From positions 403,602-467,601 of the forward strand of contig DFZA01000009.1 in NCBI GenBank assembly GCA_002382665.1: DNA of 64,000 nt, in the 5' to 3' direction. Numbering within the stretch: position 1 is the first letter of the stretch; every line of letters begins with the position of its first letter. The translations under genes and the position numbers were made by a program. Shown here piece after piece: positions 50,177 through 60,667 of this stretch. The notes beneath the pieces were generated by a model. The model had not been told where the DNA came from. It worked only from the letters and a program-made list of their open reading frames with translations, and made no database searches. Origin of the DNA: Peptococcaceae bacterium UBA4068. Its GTDB lineage: Bacteria > Bacillota > Dehalobacteriia > UBA4068.

Positions 50177-51304
50177 TTAATCAACAAACGGCATATTAAA
50201 TAACGAGAAGGATTCAGCTGCATCAGCCGCAGCAGATAATCTAATATCCATTATTTGATTATCTTGACCGTCATATACCTTTAAATATCCGATTGTTTGG
50301 TCATAAGCAACCGGAGCGGTTAAATTCATTGGTAATTGCCAGCAAATATGTAATTCGTTTAATTTATCTTTAGCATATAAGAGATAGGCGTCGGTACTTA
50401 CTTGAATAGGCAAATACTTGACATTGCCGCCTCTTACAGGCAAAGAGGCTACGATTTCCCCCGCTGATGCCAAACGGCATAACTGATAATTATCGGCGCC
50501 GTAATTTAACAGCCCCATACTCTCGCCGTAACGGTCGGGACTGTGCAGAACCACGCTGATAAACTGCATATCCCCCGACTGCATTGACGCTATCAAACAG
50601 GAACCGGCCGCATCGGTCGTACCTGTTTTGATGCCGGTTACGGCATCGCACTGCCATAAAAGTTTATTGGTGCTTTTTAAGGTGCGTGTCGACTTGCCGC
50701 TGCCGATTTGTGCATATTTACTGGCTACTATTTCGGCGAAGTTATCGTTTTTCATTGCATACCTGGCAATATAAGCTAAATCCCTGGCGCTGATCTCGTG
50801 GCCGTCAAACGGCAGTCCGTTGGTATTATACAGTGTTGCCGAAGTAGCACCGAGCGTGGCTGCTTTGAGATTCAGCCAATGGACAAACAAATCCTCATCG
50901 CCTGCCACCGCTTCACCCAAAGCAAAACAGGCGTCATTGCCGGAACGAATCAATGCACCCTTAAGCAAATCATCTGTTGTCAGTATCTCTCCCGCCTGCA
51001 AATTAATACTTGATTCACCAACCTGGGCGGCTTTGGCGCTGATTTGGTGCTGCTCTGATAAATCCGCCATATCTAAAGCGGTAATCGCCGATATTATTTT
51101 GCTGGTACTGGCAGGGGGCAACGGAGTAGTAGCGTTTTTTTGATAAATAATTCTGCCGCTATTTGCTTCGATAAGTATTGCCGCCGTTGCCTGAGGATCA
51201 GGTACAGTCGCAGCCTGCGCTATAGATGAAAACGATATTAAGACAATAATCAGTACCAAAACGCTGCTACAAACCGATATTTTTCGATACAGTCGTGAAA
51301 ACAT
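50177..51304 (-). CDS. D-alanyl-D-alanine carboxypeptidase (DacB/DacF-like, sporulation-type)
   Basis: SxxK motif STSK, SGN motif, KTG motif, N-terminal signal peptide. Confidence 0.85.
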   Translation of the reverse strand: MFSRLYRKISVCSSVLVLIIVLISFSSIAQAATVPDPQATAAILIEANSGRIIYQKNATTPLPPASTSKIISAITALDMADLSEQHQISAKAAQVGESSINLQAGEILTTDDLLKGALIRSGNDACFALGEAVAGDEDLFVHWLNLKAATLGATSATLYNTNGLPFDGHEISARDLAYIARYAMKNDNFAEIVASKYAQIGSGKSTRTLKSTNKLLWQCDAVTGIKTGTTDAAGSCLIASMQSGDMQFISVVLHSPDRYGESMGLLNYGADNYQLCRLASAGEIVASLPVRGGNVKYLPIQVSTDAYLLYAKDKLNELHICWQLPMNLTAPVAYDQTIGYLKVYDGQDNQIMDIRLSAAADAAESFSLFNMPFVD

Positions 51305-51974
51305 ATCCTTGCTCCTGTGCTTTTTCGATTATATCCGGCAAGGCGGCCAAAGTCGACTCGGTCGGATGAGCTAAAATAATTGCTCCGCCATGAAGTTTAC
51401 CGACAACCCTGTTAACGATTGTATTGGCATCGGGTTTCTGCCAATCTATGGTATCAATGCTCCAGAGAATTACTTTATAACCGCAGTCTTTTGCTGCCCG
51501 CAATACATGTTCTTCCTTTTCGCCGGACGGTGGCGCATACAAGCGGGTAGTTACGCCGGTAGCTTTAGCTATCGCATCCTCGGTCTTGGTAATTTCCTCG
51601 ATGTTTTGCTCGTATGTATTGTTATTGGGACTACTGTGACTATAAGCGTGATTGCCTATTTCATGACCGGCTGCAACAATAGCTGCCGCTATATCCGGAT
51701 TTTTGTCAGCCCAGCGTCCTGTAAGGAAAAAAGTAGCCTTAACATGATATTCGTCCAATACCGCCAGCATATCAGGTATATATTCCTCTCCCCAGTCGAC
51801 ATTAATCGCCAAACTGACTTTATTTTCTGTGATATCTCCCTGATAATACGGTTCGGCCGACACGGCGGTTGTCTGTGGTAAGGCTAGCTTTGCCGTGACA
51901 ATTAAAACTGTCACCGCCAGCAAATATATAATAAAATACCTGCTGTTTTTTTTGCTCAGATAAAAGGTTTGCAT
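51267..51974 (-). CDS. Polysaccharide deacetylase (NodB domain; PdaB/PdaA-like)
   Basis: 235 aa, ...YHVKATFFLTGRWADKNPD...GHEIGNHAYSH. Confidence 0.8.
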   Translation of the reverse strand: MQTFYLSKKNSRYFIIYLLAVTVLIVTAKLALPQTTAVSAEPYYQGDITENKVSLAINVDWGEEYIPDMLAVLDEYHVKATFFLTGRWADKNPDIAAAIVAAGHEIGNHAYSHSSPNNNTYEQNIEEITKTEDAIAKATGVTTRLYAPPSGEKEEHVLRAAKDCGYKVILWSIDTIDWQKPDANTIVNRVVGKLHGGAIILAHPTESTLAALPDIIEKAQEQGYVFTTVSKNIGL

Positions 51975-52098
51975 CCGGCTAACCCCCTAATTGTTAATTT
52001 AAACCTTTTATATCAATATTCTATGGTAGTGGCAATTATGTAAATGATATTAATTAATATTATTTATGATGAAATTTTTAATTTTTTTTCAAATTATA

Positions 52099-52127
52099 TT
52101 GACAAGAGAATAATGTTCGGTTATACT
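52099..52127 (+). promoter_or_regulatory. Consensus sigma-A promoter (TTGACA-17-TATACT preceded by an AT-rich UP-like tract) with no ORF downstream
   Basis: ttgacaagagaataatgttcggttatact. Confidence 0.5.
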
Positions 52128-52133
52128 AATATC

Positions 52134-52247
52134 AACGGTTGTATTTCTTTAAATATAACGGCTGGTCACTATCCCCCCTTAAAGCACCCCCTTAAAAAAA
52201 AAGCACCCTCATGCAATCGCTCTGCAAGAGGGTGTTTTTTTTATTGA
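52134..52247 (+). ncRNA. Candidate small RNA (about 110 nt) with duplicated C-rich motifs (CCCCCCUUAAAG / CCCCCUUAAAA), ending in an intrinsic terminator
   Basis: The transcript is bounded by the promoter above and by the hairpin caccctc...gagggtg plus T8 at 52208-52247. That hairpin also serves the convergent cysteine desulfurase gene. Confidence 0.35.
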
Positions 52248-52262
52248 TATTGTCTGGTTGGA

Positions 52263-53432
52263 TTAATTGGGCGTATACGGGCTCATTTTGCGTAACAGGG
52301 CAACTTTTTCTTCCAATACATCAACGGTGTGGAGTATTTGTTGCTCAGTTACGCCCAGCCCGAGTGAAAATCTTAAAGAACTGTCAAGCCAGGGGTTTTG
52401 GATACCCATCGCTTGTAAGACATGAGAAGGGCTAAGTGATCCCGAAGAACAGGCCGAACCGGTAGAACAGCAAATGCCCGCAGAATCCAGATAGAGGAAT
52501 AAAGCTTCGCCTTCAATATAATTAAAGGCTAAATTGGCGTTATGGGGCAGACGCTGTTCAGGGTGCCCGTTTAAGCGGCATTGGTCAATACGGCTGAATA
52601 TCTGCGATACAAATAAATCACGCAGCCTTTTTTGCTCTTTCATTTCCTCACGCCAACCTTTGGCGGTAAGCTCGGCGGCTAAGCCAAAGCCAAAAATACC
52701 CGGCATATTTTCCGTGCCCGAACGCAGCTTCTTTTCCTGACCGCCGCCATAAGTCCTCCTGCCTAAACGGATGCCGTTACGTTTATATAACGCGCCTGCT
52801 CCTTTGGGGCCGTTGATTTTATGAGATGAACATGTCAGCATATCCACATCCAGTTGCTGAACGTCTACTTCGATCTTACCTACGCTTTGCACTGCATCCA
52901 CATGGAACAGCGCACCAGCTTCGTGGGCTATTGCCGCTAACTCCTTAATTGGATTGATCGTACCAACCTCATTATTGGCATGCATAATGCTGACTAAAAA
53001 AGTATCTTCCCTGATCGCCGCTTTGAGTGTCTCCGGCTGTACCATACCGTATTGATCAACATCAAGGATGGTAACATCATAACCCTCGCGCTTTAACTGC
53101 TCGCAGCTTTCCAGTATAGCATGGTGCTCTACCGCCGAAGTAATTAAGTGCTTTTTGCTTTTTTCTGACGATGCCCCGCCAAAAAGAGCAATATTATCGG
53201 CCTCCGTACCGCCGCTGGTGAAGAAGACATCATTAGTATCGACATTAATTAAAGATGCCACCTGCTCACGTGCTTTCTCCAGATAACCTTTGGCGTCTCT
53301 GCCGATAGCATGGGCGCTAGAGGGATTGCCGAAGTGATTACGCATATAATCGGCCATGGCGTCAATTACTTGGGGAAACATCGGCGTAGTCGCCGCATGA
53401 TCCAGATATATTCTTTCGGTCAACAAAATCAT
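52263..53432 (-). CDS. Cysteine desulfurase (NifS/IscS/YrvO-like, class V aminotransferase)
   Basis: 389 aa, DHAATTP..., PLP-Lys motif SSHKINGPKG, active-site Cys in CSTGSACSSGS. Confidence 0.88.
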   Translation of the reverse strand: MILLTERIYLDHAATTPMFPQVIDAMADYMRNHFGNPSSAHAIGRDAKGYLEKAREQVASLINVDTNDVFFTSGGTEADNIALFGGASSEKSKKHLITSAVEHHAILESCEQLKREGYDVTILDVDQYGMVQPETLKAAIREDTFLVSIMHANNEVGTINPIKELAAIAHEAGALFHVDAVQSVGKIEVDVQQLDVDMLTCSSHKINGPKGAGALYKRNGIRLGRRTYGGGQEKKLRSGTENMPGIFGFGLAAELTAKGWREEMKEQKRLRDLFVSQIFSRIDQCRLNGHPEQRLPHNANLAFNYIEGEALFLYLDSAGICCSTGSACSSGSLSPSHVLQAMGIQNPWLDSSLRFSLGLGVTEQQILHTVDVLEEKVALLRKMSPYTPN

Positions 53433-53447
53433 CTCCTGTACTATTAA

Positions 53448-53963
53448 TTAACGTGTTTCTTTATTTACCAAATCCGCCAGCGTATGTGAATCCAAGACCT
53501 CGGCAATCGCTTTTTGGATTTCTTCCCAAAGATAGCCGCTACCGCAATAATCTTTTTTACTGCAGGCGGTTGCTTCACTCTCGCTGCTGCAGTCCTTATT
53601 TCTGCAAGCGTTTGCTTCACCCTCGCTACTGCAATAATCTTTTTTTTTGCAGGAAGTTGTTTCATCTTCACTGGTGCAAACAGCTAAATTAAGCGGTCCT
53701 TCCAAAGCTCTGAAAATCTCCCCGACAACTATATGCTGCGGGTCTCTGGCTAATGAATATCCTCCCTGGGCTCCGCGGCTGCTGACAATAATCCCCGCTT
53801 TTTTCAGCGGCGCCATCAGCTGTTCAAGATAACCTTCGGAAATCTGTTGGCGAAGGGAAATCGCAGATAATGTCACGGGTTTACCTTGATAATTGCAGGC
53901 GATATCCAATACTGCCCTGAGACCGTACCTGCCCTTGGTAGATATATTCATTTTGCGCCTCAT
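53448..53963 (-). CDS. Rrf2 family transcriptional regulator (CymR/IscR-like) with an expanded Cys-rich tandem-repeat insertion
   Basis: N-terminal wHTH (GRYGLRAVLDIA...GGYSLAR), then CTSEDETTSCKKKDYCSSEGEANACRNKDCSSESEATACSKKDYCGSG. Gene pair arrangement resembles cymR-yrvO. Confidence 0.8.
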   Translation of the reverse strand: MRRKMNISTKGRYGLRAVLDIACNYQGKPVTLSAISLRQQISEGYLEQLMAPLKKAGIIVSSRGAQGGYSLARDPQHIVVGEIFRALEGPLNLAVCTSEDETTSCKKKDYCSSEGEANACRNKDCSSESEATACSKKDYCGSGYLWEEIQKAIAEVLDSHTLADLVNKETR

Positions 53964-54075
53964 TCCTTAGTTATTTAATAGGGAATAAATTACTGGGAAA
54001 AGTATAATTCTTTTAATTAATAATGTCAAGCTATAAAAGGATTTTTCCCTTATTTTTAAAATATTAAACAAAAAA

Positions 54076-54104
54076 GAACTGCCACTGGCAGCTCTTTAAT
54101 TACG
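54076..54104 (-). terminator. Putative terminator downstream of panC (minus sense)
   Basis: Minus sense agagctgccagtggcagttcttttttg. Confidence 0.4.
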
Positions 54105-54109
54105 TAATA

Positions 54110-54949
54110 TTATAGTAATATATTATCAATTAAACGGGTATTGCCAAACCATACAGCCAGGGCGATAACCGCACCATTTTTAATATTTGTCAGTGGCTCT
54201 AAGGTATCCTTGTCCGCAATCGCAATATAATCTATACGGGCATCGGGGTAACCGCTGATAATCTCTCTGATCCGCTGCTCCAAGACCGCCGCATTATCCT
54301 CACCATCGGCGTACATCTGCCTGGTTTCGCTTAAGGCGGCAAACAGCTTGGGCGCAGCCTGCCGCTGCTCGGCTGTAAGATAGACATTTCGCGAACTTAA
54401 GGCCAGATGATCGCTCTCGCGGATTATCGGCATGCAATGCATATTGACCGGCAGATTGAAATCTTTGACCATTCGTTTTAAAACAACAAACTGCTGGTAA
54501 TCTTTTTGTCCGAAATAAGCGTTATCAGGTGTGACGATATTAAAAAACTTTAACACCACTGTACAAACGCCCCGGAAATGGCCGGGACGGCTTTTACCGC
54601 ATAAATATGTTGTTAATGAACCGGGTTCAACATAGTTTTGATAACCTTCAGGATACATTTCTTCCACGGTTGGACAAAAAACCAGATCAACGCCGGCTTT
54701 ATAAGCAGCCTTGATATCCGCTCCCATATCGCGCGGATAACGGCTAAAATCCTCATTGGGCCCAAATTGGGTGGGATTAACAAAGATGCTCATTACAACC
54801 TTATCATTATCTTTAACGGCGGCCTCCGCCAATGACATATGGCCGCGGTGCAGGAATCCCATGGTCGGCACCAATCCTATTGTCATACCCTGGCTTCGCC
54901 AATCACTACAGATTTGGGAGATTTTTTCTATGGAAGTAACTATATTCAT
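54110..54949 (-). CDS. panC: Pantoate--beta-alanine ligase
   Basis: 279 aa, ...GLVPTMGFLHRGHMSL...HIGH-like and the KMSKS-like region. Confidence 0.9.
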   Translation of the reverse strand: MNIVTSIEKISQICSDWRSQGMTIGLVPTMGFLHRGHMSLAEAAVKDNDKVVMSIFVNPTQFGPNEDFSRYPRDMGADIKAAYKAGVDLVFCPTVEEMYPEGYQNYVEPGSLTTYLCGKSRPGHFRGVCTVVLKFFNIVTPDNAYFGQKDYQQFVVLKRMVKDFNLPVNMHCMPIIRESDHLALSSRNVYLTAEQRQAAPKLFAALSETRQMYADGEDNAAVLEQRIREIISGYPDARIDYIAIADKDTLEPLTNIKNGAVIALAVWFGNTRLIDNILL

Positions 54950-54972
54950 TATTATCAGATCCTTGATTTATT

Positions 54973-55482
54973 TTACCATTGATCGGCATCAATAATTTTA
55001 GCCACTGGCCCTTTATCATAGCAGTTCTCGATCATTAAACTTACTTTTCCGGCCAGCGGCAAATCCATATCGGCGTCTATTTCCGCTAACGGTTTCAATA
55101 CAAACATTCTGTCTTTGAGGTTGATATGGGGTATATACAAATCATTGGTATGGATTTGCAAACCGCCATAGGTGAGAATATCAATATCCAACTGACGAGG
55201 ACCCCAATGCACCAAACTTTTACGGCCGGAGGCAATTTCCATTTCCTGACAGAAATTTAATAAATCCCATGGCGATAAATCGGTGAATATCTCAACCACC
55301 GCGTTATAAAAATCATCCTGATCTTTATTGCCCCAGGGCGCAGCCAGGTATATCGACGACTTTCGGCCTATCTCTATCTGCGGGTGCTGGCGCATTTTTT
55401 CCAGTGCAAATTGCAGATAGGCTTTTTTATCACCAACATTACTACCTAAACTTAACCAGACCTGTTCAGCCATTTTCATCAC
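54973..55482 (-). CDS. folK: 2-amino-4-hydroxy-6-hydroxymethyldihydropteridine pyrophosphokinase
   Basis: 169 aa, ...YLSLGSNVGDK...PRQLDIDIL. Confidence 0.88.
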   Translation of the reverse strand: MMKMAEQVWLSLGSNVGDKKAYLQFALEKMRQHPQIEIGRKSSIYLAAPWGNKDQDDFYNAVVEIFTDLSPWDLLNFCQEMEIASGRKSLVHWGPRQLDIDILTYGGLQIHTNDLYIPHINLKDRMFVLKPLAEIDADMDLPLAGKVSLMIENCYDKGPVAKIIDADQW

Positions 55483-55879
55483 TGTTCCTTTCTATGACAA
55501 CAGCAGCGCCAAACTCGATATCCCCTACCTTTGCAGCAGTTTTTTCCACTTCAACTTTGGCTTTAGATACTCCGGATTGCTGCAGGGACATCTCCGCAAT
55601 CCTGCCTGCCAAAGTTTCCAATAAATTAAAGCTTTCGCCTTCAACGATCTCTTTAACTTTAAGATAATATTGGCCATAATCCAATGTTTTTGTCAAATCG
55701 TCGCTTGCTGCCGCTGGCGCCAAATCAACACTTAATTTGATAGTGACGCGAAACGGCTGCAATAATGATTTTTCCTGCTCGGTCACGCCATGAGATGCCA
55801 TAAAATGCAAGTTGCGAAGCACGATTTTATCCATTTTGAGTATCCCCCGAAGATTTATAAATAGCATCAGCCATGGCAA
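55466..55879 (-). CDS. folB: Dihydroneopterin aldolase
   Basis: 137 aa, MDKIVLRNLHFMASHGVTEQEK. Confidence 0.85.
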   Translation of the reverse strand: MPWLMLFINLRGILKMDKIVLRNLHFMASHGVTEQEKSLLQPFRVTIKLSVDLAPAAASDDLTKTLDYGQYYLKVKEIVEGESFNLLETLAGRIAEMSLQQSGVSKAKVEVEKTAAKVGDIEFGAAVVIERNSDENG

Positions 55880-57098
55880 TCACATCTTGGGCAGCAGTAA
55901 CATTGTGAACGCGAATAATCGCAGCTCCGGCCGCTACCGCAGCGGTTGTAACCGCAGCGTTGCCAAACTCGCGATTATCTATGTCCGCATTAATAATATT
56001 ACCTATAAACCCCTTATTGGAAGCGCCGATCAATAAAGGCCGCCAACAAACAGTCAGCTCCGGCAGACGGCGTAATATCTCCATGTTTTCGGCTGTATTT
56101 TTGCCAAAACCAATCCCTCCGCCAAGCCCGGGGTCATAGATCAGATTTGTATCGGCAATGCCATGTGTAGTGGCTATTTGCTTCGAGCGGGTGAAAAAGG
56201 CACTGATATCGGCGATAACATCACCGTAACAACCTTCTTTACCGCTATGCATGACTATCACCGGCGCATCAAATGCAGCCGCTACCGCGGCCATCCCTGT
56301 ATCCTTTTGCAGGCCGCCGATATCATTAATAATATCTGCCCCTGTCTCCAGAGCAGCTTTGGCTGTATCTGCCGAATCTGTATCTATAGAAATTGGCAAA
56401 TCGGTTTTCCTGACGATCTGTTTCAACACGGGAAGCAGTCTTGATATTTCTTCCTCTGCAGTAACAGGTATATGCCCCGGACGGCTGCTAGCAGCGCCGA
56501 TATCGATAATATCGGCTCCGTCCGCCGCTAATTTTAAAGCCTGCGCTACCGCCTTGTCTACATCAAAGTATTTGCCGCCGTCATAAAAAGAATCGGGCGT
56601 TATATTCAATATTCCCATTATCAGAGTTTTATTAAAAACCAACTGTTTGTCACGGCATTTAATCCCCTTTGGTGGCAACTTCTGTTTTTCAATAAATTCG
56701 ATTATCTCAACCGCCAGGTTTTTCAGGCCAAAAGGCTGGTTTTGCATTTTTACCGTCAGTTGCCTCAATTGCGCTATTGTTGCCATCAATATAGCGCTGT
56801 TGCCGTCAATCTCGGCGCTGCCGCCCATTATTGCATCACGGGACAACGCCGCGTCACCGCCAACCGATAAAAGCTCCTGCTTAAGTATAAGTGCCGCAGG
56901 ATTTTTCAAGCCGTCGACGCGTAAACAAAGAAACTCTCCTTTATCAAGCATTTTTTTTTGCCCACAGTCGCTAACGCCAATGGAGATCATTTCTCTCAGT
57001 AAATTATCTTTTGTATTACTTATTAATCTCATAGCTCCCCCGGCATTATCCGCATTGACACAAATATTAGGCAAACAGCTCTTGGACTTAAAGCCCAA
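55827..57098 (-). CDS. folP: Dihydropteroate synthase with an about 150-aa N-terminal extension of unknown function
   Basis: C-terminal about 270 aa is canonical DHPS (IMGILNITPDSFYDGG...DIIDIGAASSRPG...). The N-terminal 150 aa has no DHPS similarity. Confidence 0.8.
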   Translation of the reverse strand: MGFKSKSCLPNICVNADNAGGAMRLISNTKDNLLREMISIGVSDCGQKKMLDKGEFLCLRVDGLKNPAALILKQELLSVGGDAALSRDAIMGGSAEIDGNSAILMATIAQLRQLTVKMQNQPFGLKNLAVEIIEFIEKQKLPPKGIKCRDKQLVFNKTLIMGILNITPDSFYDGGKYFDVDKAVAQALKLAADGADIIDIGAASSRPGHIPVTAEEEISRLLPVLKQIVRKTDLPISIDTDSADTAKAALETGADIINDIGGLQKDTGMAAVAAAFDAPVIVMHSGKEGCYGDVIADISAFFTRSKQIATTHGIADTNLIYDPGLGGGIGFGKNTAENMEILRRLPELTVCWRPLLIGASNKGFIGNIINADIDNREFGNAAVTTAAVAAGAAIIRVHNVTAAQDVIAMADAIYKSSGDTQNG

Positions 57099-57196
57099 GA
57101 GCTGTAATATTAATCAGCCCATAAAATACACCGTATTTTTTCAAGGCAAATAAGATACTCCCCAACTATAGCATCATTTTAAATTATGATTAAAAT

Positions 57197-59137
<1,941 letters not shown>

Positions 59138-59219
59138 AGTATTCTCCTTTCAACACGGTAACAGTATAAATTATTTAAAAAGTATTTTCTTGATATTTTA
59201 TCATAAATAAGTGAATAAT

Positions 59220-60569
59220 TCAAATCTTTTTCAAAGATAGCAATAAACCATTCTGATCTTTATTATGCAGTACTGAAAAATTATTATTTTTATATAAAAA
59301 CGGAATCCAGATTATTTGATCTTTATACAGTAATAATGGCCAATTAGCTCTTTGCACCGGCGGTATTTTGGCGTCGATAAATATCTCTTTAAGCTTACGT
59401 TTACTACTTTTCCCTCGAGAAGGTACCGCATCGCCTTCGTGACGGCAACGGAAATACAAATCAGCCAATAATTCGGCGGGTAAGCGGATGCTGTCGCTAT
59501 TAATATCGGTTTTATTATCGTTAATAACAGCAGTGTAACTCCAGCCCCAATCATCAAGCGCCGTAAATTGGTTTTGCAAAGATGGTTTGATAATTTGCTG
59601 ATGCTCCGGCAAGGGCGGTTTTGATTTGGCAAAATAAATATCTTCCCGCCGGTAGACAATTACGCCGCCGGGCAAAGATAACGACTGCTCTTCTTTTAAT
59701 TCGCTCATATCGGAAGTTTGCCGATAAGATAATTCCAGACTTTCCCCGGCAACCAGACAATATGCTTTACGCAAAACACGTAGTTTTAAGGAAAGCGGTA
59801 AACGGTCAAACGCCGAGCCGCTGAGAGCCATGTTTTGATCCAGCCAAATTTCAGCAAATTCTATTTCTGCCAGCTCGTCAAGAAAATTGTTATCTTCGCG
59901 GCAAATGTCCGCGGTAATATTAAGGCTTTCCACTATATTAGGATTATACGCCAACAATTGCGGTATTAAACTTAAACGAATTTTATTTCGCAAATATTTT
60001 TCTGAGAAATTGCTTTGATCCTGGCAAAACGATAAATTATGCGTGGCGCGGTAATCCTCGATTTCCTGAGGGAAAGCGGTAAGCAGCGGTCTGATTATAT
60101 CTCCCTGCTCCGGCGACATTGCTGACAGGCCCTCTATGCCGCTGCCCCGTAACAAGTGCAACAGCAGAGTTTCCGCCTGATCTAAAGCATGATGGGCAAC
60201 CGCAATTTTATTGGCGCCGATCAGATCAGCGGTGCTTCTTAAAAACGCATATCTTCGCTGGCGGGCAACCTGCTGCAGGTTTTTGCCTTGAGCAAGCTTA
60301 CCAATATCATCACCGCCGCGATAACATTTGATACCGTATATATCGGCTAAATGCTCGACAAACTCACCTTCCGCAGCGCTCTCAGGCCGCAGTTGATGGT
60401 CAAAATGAGCAACAGCCAGCTCAAATCCGATATCATCCCGAATACGGTATAATATATCCAAAATCACACAGGAATCCTTGCCGGCAGACACCGCCGCCAG
60501 CACTTTATCGCCGGCAGAGATTAACTGCTGATCTAATATATATTGTTTTGTTCTTTGTAGTAAAGCCAT
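59220..60569 (-). CDS. tilS: tRNA(Ile)-lysidine synthetase
   Basis: 449 aa with an N-terminal PP-loop (SAGKDS). tilS-ftsH synteny downstream of spoIIE, as in Bacillus. Confidence 0.85.
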   Translation of the reverse strand: MALLQRTKQYILDQQLISAGDKVLAAVSAGKDSCVILDILYRIRDDIGFELAVAHFDHQLRPESAAEGEFVEHLADIYGIKCYRGGDDIGKLAQGKNLQQVARQRRYAFLRSTADLIGANKIAVAHHALDQAETLLLHLLRGSGIEGLSAMSPEQGDIIRPLLTAFPQEIEDYRATHNLSFCQDQSNFSEKYLRNKIRLSLIPQLLAYNPNIVESLNITADICREDNNFLDELAEIEFAEIWLDQNMALSGSAFDRLPLSLKLRVLRKAYCLVAGESLELSYRQTSDMSELKEEQSLSLPGGVIVYRREDIYFAKSKPPLPEHQQIIKPSLQNQFTALDDWGWSYTAVINDNKTDINSDSIRLPAELLADLYFRCRHEGDAVPSRGKSSKRKLKEIFIDAKIPPVQRANWPLLLYKDQIIWIPFLYKNNNFSVLHNKDQNGLLLSLKKI

Positions 60570-60597
60570 TGTCCCTCCAATTATTAATCAAACGAAA

Positions 60598-60630
60598 AGC
60601 GAAAAGCTTATTTGCTTTTCGCTTTATTTT
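60598..60630 (-). terminator. Terminator between spoIIE and tilS
   Basis: gcgaaaagcttatttgcttttcgc hairpin with T-rich flanks on both strands. Confidence 0.45.
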
Positions 60631-60667
60631 AATAGTTTCCTGCTATTAATAGATATTTTCAATTATT

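Noticed and set aside
51267-51304. 38-nt overlap between the carboxypeptidase gene start and the deacetylase gene end as evidence of a frameshift
   Set aside because: More likely the carboxypeptidase uses a start slightly downstream of the longest-ORF start. The signal peptide remains intact either way.
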